In this document: positions 55,276 through 64,000 of the stretch, piece after piece
How positions within the stretch are numbered: the stretch's first letter is position 1
How the letters are laid out: each line of letters starts with the position of its first letter
Assembly (NCBI RefSeq): GCF_000150275.1
Contig: NW_002060943.1
Span: 10,758,209 to 10,822,208, forward strand
DNA: 64,000 nt
Source of the DNA: Trichoplax adhaerens
Taxonomy: Eukaryota; Animalia; Placozoa
Reading direction: 5' to 3'
Notes under the pieces: model-generated
Seen by the model: the letters and a program-made list of their open reading frames with translations, nothing else
What the model was told of the DNA's origin: nothing
Databases searched by the model: none
Made by a program: the position numbers and the translations under genes

Positions 55276-56419
55276 GTTATGGTAAGGTATCGCTAAGATA
55301 AAGAGCATCGTTGAAATGAAGATCAATTATCGGGCAATGTGAATTACAAACTTAAGTATTATCAAAAGTATTGCTATGACCATGAATGTGAATTTTGTCA
55401 GATATAAATGAAGCATAGCGAAAAATGTGCTGTTATAACAGTAGCTTTTAAGGTAGTTTATAATTTATACTGTGAGATATGTTGAAGAAGCGTGTATTTA
55501 GTTGGTGTATGCCTGTATGCCCTCTTAAATCGCATAAGTTATCTAGAATACCACGGTACTGTCGGATAAAGTAGCTAAACATCACTTATAGGTTTTGTAT
55601 ATCAATTTGTTTTGATACAATTCTGTTCCCTTTCATATTGTGACAGTGCTCTATTGAATAGTCTATTATAAAAAATAAAAAGATTTTGACGATTAGTCAT
55701 GCAATTTCTTGTGTATCGAGATTGGTTAGGAAAGCACTTTTAATCTTTATGGTTTACTAATTATAATAATATAAGAGAGCAATACTACAGGTGTGAAAAG
55801 TGTGACGGGAAATATCATGAAGTCACAATCAATGCATATAATTAATTTTTTTAATGCAGATATGCTCATGTTATGCATGCATACTATACTGTCGATAGCA
55901 TAGTATCCAGTATAATAGCCTATTTACAGTTAGTATCTTAAATTAAAACAATAAACTGCTTACAGTATATAAAGACGAGAATAGATTTCGATGCTCAAGG
56001 TTTGTTATTTTACATCCACCATATCTGCATGCAAAGAAAATCTATTCATCCAAATAAAACATGATCTTCAAATGAGGTCGAAGTGCTATACCAGACGGTG
56101 TTGCAGATAAACTGCATAGACTAGCGACAATGCAGTACCCTGGACTGTATTGTAGAATGATTATGTGCTGTAGTGGACTACAAATTATTTAGTCTAGTTA
56201 AGGATACATACTATATAGTAGGGATCTTATTAATAAATAAATGACTTCTGTGTCTGCAGAGCTGTACAACTGACATTGTATACCTACGTACAGCACATTT
56301 ACATGGCAGATGTTGCGTGAAAAGTTCTACTTTACTCAAGGACTACTAGATTGCTAGCCTAGATTGCTGGGTTTCTAGTCATCCAAGACTTTACTCAGGG
56401 ACTACCAACTGTAACTGTA

Positions 56420-56600
56420 AATGTACACTATACAGTATGTACACTACTATATACAGTACAGTAGTACTGTACTGTACAGTATATTGTATAGTACTTATAG
56501 TACTGTATGCTGTTCTGTATTGCACTGATTGAACTTCATTGCAGAGCAGGAAATCAGGACAACACTAGAGTACACTGTACTGTACTGCGCTACTAGCTGT
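56420..56600. repeat. TACTG/CAGTA pentamer tract upstream of B3GALNT2
   Basis: tacagtacagtagtactgtactgtacagtatattgtatagtacttatagtactgt...gtacactgtactgtactgc. Confidence 0.75.
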
Positions 56601-56690
56601 AGTTCTCGAGCAAATTATGCTTGCTCAGTTGCTAAATGTTATGCTTTGAAGCATAAAGGACTAAATAATGGAAGGATCCTCCTAGGAGCA

Positions 56691-59600
56691 ATGGCAATTA
56701 ATGGAAGAAATCCTTTACCGATATTCCTTGACTGCTCTTTACCTATGTTATTACTATTTTGTATCATAGGGTTACTTGCATGGCCATTTTGTTACAATTT
56801 CATTGCTAGCAATGACGATTTACGTAAGACCTTGAGCTAATATGCAAATTTGTTTATGTAGCCTGCTGTAATATCTTCCTAATACTAATTGGTAGTATAG
56901 TATGCCAGTTTTCTGATGTTTTACGTTATTATGATCAGCTTAGAGATAAGTTAGTTCTACGCGTTCACAGATTGCAATTATAATATGAGTGCATTCTATT
57001 TTTCTATCGTATCTCAGTTTTCTTTTCTCATTTCAAAAACATGCTCAATGAAGGATCGTATGATATGGTTATTGGCATAGTGTCCGCCCGTAATAATTCA
57101 AAATTAAGGCAGGCTATTCGAGATACATGGCTTGGTGCTTTGATGACAAATCAGCAGTTAATAACCAGGTGAATACGCATGCTGATTTACAGATTCCAAC
57201 GACGTATAGCATTGAATAATTAATTCTCTGTTATACCTGAGTTGAATTTTTGCAAATCTAGCCAAATTTTCATATTTAATCATACTCTTATAGACTTTAC
57301 TACGGTTAAAGTTTTGATATTAGTGATTAGTTTCGTCGAGATGCTTTCATGACGAAAGATAGGTAATATAATTAATCAATCAATCAATATGTTGTACTTA
57401 GTAAATTTAGGGAATACGGCATAATTTTATTGCTAGGTTACACTCATACTTCAGATGCAGATTGAATGAATAGTACTGTATTGCTCGTTATATATAGTTT
57501 TCATGAAATTAATACTGTCAATAGTGAACTATATTTTAAGATATCAAGGTTATTTATTATTACTATTGTCTTTGTATTTCTTGCATTAGTATATTCGTAG
57601 ATCAGGTTGATAATAATTAATTCACGGATTATTCATTTAATTTTTGATACAGAAAATTTAAAATATTAGTAAAGTTCATTGTCGGCGATTCTCCATGTAT
57701 GATTCCTCCGGTATGGCGGGAAGATCAATATACATGTCAAAAAAAGATCATAAGAAGTGCGTTTTAAATTGTAAAATTAAGTAATAATAATCGTAGTTAT
57801 ATATAATGTCTAGTAAATTTAATCTGCTATAGCCCTGCTGTATAGTATTATGAAAGAATAAATAAGTACTATTTTATTAATTGATTAGCTGATTTTATGA
57901 TACAGCACCTGTTGTAAATATTATTGCATGTAATTGATTAGTTTGTTATGTATAATGTCCTATATTTATTGTGAAATATAAAACGTACAGGGAATTAGCT
58001 GTTACAGGAATTATGTTTTGTTATGTTATTTCTATTTCGTGGTGAATTTCATAGATTTTATCATTACATATTGTATAGTAAGCGAGTACAACATAAATTT
58101 ATTTATAAAGCGTAATTGCTAACTATATGTATTATGATTTAAGATTCTTCAGATGTTCATTCCGTTGTCCAACTGAAATCCAACTTTGAATATTCTAGAG
58201 ATGAGGATACGAATCATTATTTTTCGTTAGGGATCCGTTTTACAGTTTACCATCCTATTGTTATTAGTTCACTGGGTATGATCAACTTCAAAGAAAATCG
58301 AAATAAAGGCACAAAATTGTACTTATATGATGAAATTAGTCAGGTACTGAAAATTACTTTACCAGTTGATGTTATTATTTTGAAGATATTTGTTAGTCAC
58401 ATGACTTTAATTAAAGAGCCAAATTTTAAAACTTCTTGCTATAGCAAACCGTTGCTCATACCACTTTTAACCATAATAATCCTGGTAGAGTCTTCCATAA
58501 CTTTCGTTACAGTGACATTGGTTATTATTTGTTACCCAAAGTAGGTCGTTTATGCGGTTACTCTACCTGTAACGCTTTTGTAGTAACAGTCATGCAATCA
58601 ATAACCACATTAAAATAATAGTGATGGTCTAAATTATACAGGGATTCATTGGGTGTGTCTTTGCTGAAAATATTACTAATGTAGCTATTTCAAGAAAGCG
58701 CTCCGATTGGATACTAGATGAAGGAGAAAATGCTATTAAAATTTTCGAGGTTTCGTATGCTATCTGGATTTCGAGATGAAGAGATTATAAATTTTAAATT
58801 TTTATTAAACTTCATGTTTTAATCCCAATTTCATGATAGCTGAAATTATATAATCATGACACGAATGGAATACCTCGCGAAGAAGAATTTATGTTGAAGA
58901 GAAGATTAGTAGACATCGGCTTATCTTTTCAATACAAAATTAAAGGTGGAATGAGAAAATTTTAATCATTAATCAATGATGTTAGACTGAGAGAATTTAT
59001 TTAAATAGAAGAAGCTACTATAACAGCGAATTATACAGAAGATGAGTATAAAGAGTTGTTAAATGAGGAACGGGAAGCTCTACATCAGGAAATGGTTGCA
59101 TATGATGATATTGTTCTTGTGCCTCACATGGACGTTTATCGAACTTTAGCAAGTAAAATGCTCCTTTTCTATGATTGGTATGCAAAAATTACGAAATAGT
59201 ATAATATTAACAGACTTCATATAAAATAACAATTAGTAGTTATTTAATAATTATGATGTTCTATACTCGCTAACTATAGGTTAATGAAAAATCTCGAATT
59301 TCAGTTATTCATGAAAGTAGATGATGACTGTTTTGTAAATATCAACTCCATTGTAGAGGTACTGTAATCCTATTACCTCCAATCTAGAGTTGTAGCTTTT
59401 TAAAAATAATAGTGGAGCAGTAACGTGCCATTATTGCTCGTAATGCTTCTGTACTTGATGATTTTCAGGCTATACATAGTCTTGATCTACTGGAGAAGCG
59501 TAAGTTTTGGTGGGGCAAGTAAGTGTTTGCATTATAGTTGGTTTTAGTGTTGTATTACTTATATAGTATAACCCTAGAAGTATCTTAGGTTATGAGTGTC

Positions 59601-60288
59601 ATTGTTTGTCTCAATTAAATTAGTTTTCGTTCGAACTGGCCAGTAGAGCGATTTGGGAAATGGAGCGAATTGGACTACAACTGTCCGATTTATCCAGCAT
59701 TCGCATGTGGTAGTGGTAGCATTTTAACAGCTGATATCATCAAATGGTTGGCAAACAACAGACAATGGTTGAAACCCTATCAGGTCTTATCATTCAATTT
59801 TAGTTACGTAAGACTAGTTCCTTTGTTGTACAGACCTACAGACTGAGCTATGTGTATGCTTATATTTATCCTGGCCATTTCAGCCACACAGAAAGATAAT
59901 CTATAAAATTTAATATTGAAATTTCTAAATGCATTATGCTTCTTATTAGGGAGAAGATGTGTCCATGGGAATTTGGATGACTGCTCTTGCTCCGTTGCTG
60001 ATTAAAGTAACAATCACTGATCTATTTATATTGACACTAACTAAGAAGACTTTGTAATAAATATTATGATTTAATACGTAGTCATAAAAATTTCCGACCA
60101 CTTCATATACGTAAAGTTTACTAGAATGATATACGTATTGTCCTATTTTTTGTAAATCCTAGGATGGAAATTGGGAATGTTTCTCTACCTGCAATAAAAA
60201 TATGTATACTTCCCCTGAACACTCACCAGAGGAATTGGTGGCATTATGGAGGAGTTACTTAAAATGCGGCAACCCTTGCGGTTGTTAA
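56691..60288 (+). CDS. B3GALNT2: UDP-GalNAc:beta-1,3-N-acetylgalactosaminyltransferase 2 (GT31, type II membrane protein)
   Basis: N-terminal [63 protein letters not shown] insert domain, [25 protein letters not shown] (DXD), [44 protein letters not shown]. About 13 GT-AG exons. The start could be 56691 or 56745. Confidence 0.93.
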
Positions 60289-60539
60289 TATCAATAGAAA
60301 TCAGCTAAGATATTTGATCAAATTAAGCAATACAATCTTATCGTCAAGAAGTTTATTTTATTTAGTAGTGTGCATCCATTACCACTTGGCGCTTTATACA
60401 TTAGCAGTCCCAAAGATATTTTTAAACTTTTATGGAATATAATCATATACAAGATATGAACATATACGAATACGTTTTCTTATAAATGATACCCAAATCG
60501 TGTTTGCATATGTCTAAACATCAAGTTATCTCGATTATA

Positions 60540-60568
60540 CTATATAATATATATATATATATATATAC
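60540..60568. repeat. (TA)n microsatellite
   Basis: tatataatatatatatatatatatatac between the convergent B3GALNT2 and CHMP1A stops. Confidence 0.9.
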
Positions 60569-60809
60569 ATTCTGTTAAAGCTTACTAAATTCGTAGCTAC
60601 AGCAAAACAGATGAAACTTAGTCAACTATGTTTTGATTCTACTAGGCAGAAATAGAGATGATATACACATGACTGAGTTGTAAATTAGAAACGACAATAA
60701 TAGCACCTAAAAATAGCCCGTTTTTAATTATTCGGCTGACGTTCAAATCTATGAATGATAAGGTATCCCAGACGTCTTGCCGTTGTTAAGCGACCTACTT
60801 GGCAATTCG

Positions 60810-63718
60810 TCAGTTACGTAACTGCGCAAGCCTAATAACAATTACGGGGAAAAACACAATTTTATTTTTTAAGTCAATTGAATATAATGTATATAAAGAT
60901 ATCTTGGCCGAAAAATTACCTTCGAGAAAGAGCATCTCCTTCTTTATTGGACAAACTGCCCGCTGAAATCGAGTCAGTACTAGGGCGTGCATTTTCTAAT
61001 TGCGACATAACTTCCAAGCCATTTTCTTCGGCAACTTGCTGGATTAATGTATCAACCTGTTATATATCAAGAAGTATAGCAATCCATATGAATTCATAGC
61101 TAGAGAAATATAATTTATAAATTGGGGCTTGAGATAGCATTTTTCAGGCAAACAAAGTTTTATAGATAGTCTATAAGGGATAGTACCTGATCAGTTGGAG
61201 TTGTTAAAGTTGTAGCATTTCCCATTGAATCCTCCATGGTCTATATGATGGCAAAAAATATTTTAATAAAACAACTTACATTTCAATGAGGATAAAGAGA
61301 GACAGAAGGGTATTGCGCTCTATCTATTGAGTTTACACTCGTATTTTACATTAAATATTTTTTTAGAAGTTGCAATCGTACTTTTATTCGCTATCAATTT
61401 ATCGGTATAATATCATTGCAATGTTATTGGTAAATCCTTACTGTCTATTTAATATCTTACTAACCTGGGTGTGAACATCGAGGTTTTCAAATACTTTCTC
61501 GAATTTTTCCATTGTAGCTGTAACCTATATGTTGAAGTTTACACGTATATATTATAACGGCGAGATGTCTTAATTGCATGACGTATGTTATGTTTGTAGA
61601 TATAATTTTATTAATTATGGCAATATTTATGTCAATAAATATAGGTGAGATATGAATACATAAAATAGGCATGTATCAAGAATAGATTATAATTTAAAAC
61701 AATTACGATGTTGCTACCTTTTGAAGATCCATGGTTTGCATAGCTTTATCGAGGCCTTTTACAACTCCACTCATATTACGAGTAACCTTAATGGAATCAT
61801 ATGAGAACGTAATACTCAGAACTTACTTGACAGATTATCAAGTGATCAGTCTGGATTCAGGAACTTCTAAGACGAAATTCTTAGAAGTGCTTATAGGATT
61901 AATCATACCTGTTTCATAGAAACTGCCGTTTGGACTTTACTAGCAACAGCATCAACGCGCGAAGCCATTCTTAGATAATTTAAACCTTCATTCTTCTTTC
62001 TTATAGCATTCTCAGCATAAATGCGAGCACCTTCAACGTTCCCTTGAGTCAGTGCCTGAAGCAATTAATACCCGTCATGTTACTGTATTCTTAAAAGTTA
62101 CAACTTTAATTTTGGTTGAAAAAATATGTGCTTAGGTTACTTATTTAGCATGAATAAGTTATAACTACACATCTATGATACGTTAACTGCATAATGAATT
62201 ATAATAACTGCAACAACCGTTATTTACATTAGGCTAGGAATATTCTTCATTTTTAAATCTAAGGTAATCCATTTCCAGAATCCTAGCTCATTTTTGGGCT
62301 ACTCGTTCATTGCATTTTCTACTAGTGTACAGTAGAATAGCTACTTTAAAATTAAATTAAAACATGATGTTGCTCACTCAGATACCTTTCTGACTTTATT
62401 CTTCTGGACTACTTCGTCTTTTTCGCATTTTTTTGCAAAACGCTCGAGTTGTTTTGTCGTAAACTTTGTAAAGAATCAAGAGAAAAAGTACTGAATTTGA
62501 TTTACAAATAGGATTCCATTATTAAGGCATACAGTATACATATTGTTGTCATAGAGATTTGTGCATACTGCATACTAGTCCAGTCATTACTGTCGGAAGA
62601 GAGAAATACATTACAGACAGATATTTAGCTGTGCTCCTGTATATCGAAGACTACTATGGTACTGTATAATATAACTTGTAAGCATACAATATACTCTAAT
62701 ACTTCAATAGTAACTATAACACCACTACAGTATTGCAAGACAAACGAACACTGAGAAAGAATTTATCAAACTCGCACTTTAAGATACCCTGCAGGAGCAA
62801 ATTAATCTTGACGATATACAGTAGAGTAAGCTTTCTTTAACTAAAGGTCTGTGCAGATAATACAATTTTACACGGAGCATGTTGACAACCGTTTAGTCCA
62901 TTAAAATGTATACTTCCTGATCATACTTTCAAATCCCGTCATATCCCATCATCAGTGATCTTAAATCTTTCAGTTGAAATTTCAAAACTTTAACAACGTT
63001 TATACAGTAATGAATATGTGTCTGTGAAAGCAATTGACATTTGTACAGAGGCACGAATTAAAGTTGCTGAAGTATCCCAGTTAGCTTTTCTGTTTGCGTA
63101 TTGCTTGTTAACTAGACCACCGAATTCACTAAGCACTTCATGGTCGTTATGTTGTCACTATGATATTATTTTTCTACTAGCAGTACACTACACCTGTATA
63201 TCATGCTATTGATCATTAACTTTCTGATATTACTGTATGTAATCGCTAATAATTCAAAAAGTTGATTCTAAGCATACGAGTCGCATACAACAAATAACCC
63301 TGAAGTTGCTTAATAAGGTTTACTGGGTTCACCACTGGTAGCAATGGAAGCACAGAGTTGGCGTTAGAGTATAACATGTTGTACGGACTTGATGAAAACA
63401 TTTTACTGTGAGCGTAGTTAGGTCATAGCTATCGAAGTGGATTTTTCTTTTGCACGTATGAGTAGTTTTATCCTCGCTAATCTGCTGATCAAGACCAACC
63501 AAATATACTAACCTTTAATTGAAATAAGGTATCTACAACAACACACAAGATATTAGAAATTAGCACGATCTGCCATGAATTAATCAAGCGTATATTCAAT
63601 GAAGTACGCTATAAAGACCACTCTATCTATTTACAAATTTATTAAAATCATAGGGTAAATCATTGCGAAGATAATAACTGATATCTTTAATCATATCGAA
63701 TGGGTTATTACCATCCAT
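60810..63718 (-). CDS. CHMP1A: ESCRT-III subunit CHMP1A (9 coding exons)
   Basis: Exon 1 63718-63712 (ATGGATG) and exon 2 63532-63513 (DTLFQLK), then [102 protein letters not shown] and MIM1-type end DALSRRLAQLRN*. Confidence 0.96.
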
Positions 63719-63819
63719 AGTCCGGTTGATTGCGTTTCCTAGCAGTTATTTCGGTTTAATGTTTTCAATTTTGACTCCTCCAGACTTTTGTTACTGGTTA
63801 CGTTGGAACATAATTTTAT

Positions 63820-63962
63820 ATACAGTATAACAGTACAGTCCAGTACAGTACTGTGCACCGTAAGCTACAGTACTGTGCACTGTACTGTGTGATATTACGT
63901 ACGGTACTGTACTGTAATCAACACGCAACTAATACTGCACTGGACTGGACTGTACTACAGTA
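63820..63962. repeat. TACTG/CAGTA pentamer tract upstream of CHMP1A
   Basis: cagtacagtccagtacagtactgtgcac...cagtactgtgcactgtactgtg...gtactgtactgta...ctgcactggactggactgtactacagtag. Confidence 0.75.
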
Positions 63963-64000
63963 GACTCCAGATTAAAGTTAGGATATTACGTCATAACTGT

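Noticed and set aside
62850-62960. Possible box C/D snoRNA in CHMP1A intron 2 (TGATGA on the minus strand)
   Set aside because: No suitably placed CTGA box D or terminal stem.

Overview
AT-rich, intron-rich animal genomic DNA. A compact invertebrate genome such as a placozoan (Trichoplax-like) is my inference from composition, short introns and the GABA-B-like receptor expansion; it is not verified. 1-43 kb is a repeat-rich block with three tandem, same-strand GABA-B-receptor-like class C GPCR genes (Venus flytrap + 7TM, 15-16 exons). They share intron positions and appear intact, but their ligand pockets are strongly remodelled. Around and inside them are solo LTRs with 5-bp target-site duplications, Helitron-type 3' ends, a ~0.7-kb dispersed repeat and arrays of CATT-N6-AATG palindromes. 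43-64 kb is a compact housekeeping block: RECQL4 (-), RBM39 (+), B3GALNT2 (+), CHMP1A (-). Most notable: (1) the rewired orthosteric pockets; (2) TACTG/CAGTA pentamer arrays upstream of all four housekeeping genes; (3) a candidate poison exon in RBM39 in the intron equivalent to the vertebrate autoregulatory one; (4) inverted solo LTRs bracketing an in-frame two-exon cassette; (5) GC-AG introns and no zinc knuckle in RECQL4. All exon boundaries were derived by eye, and human reference motifs and numbering are recalled, not aligned computationally.
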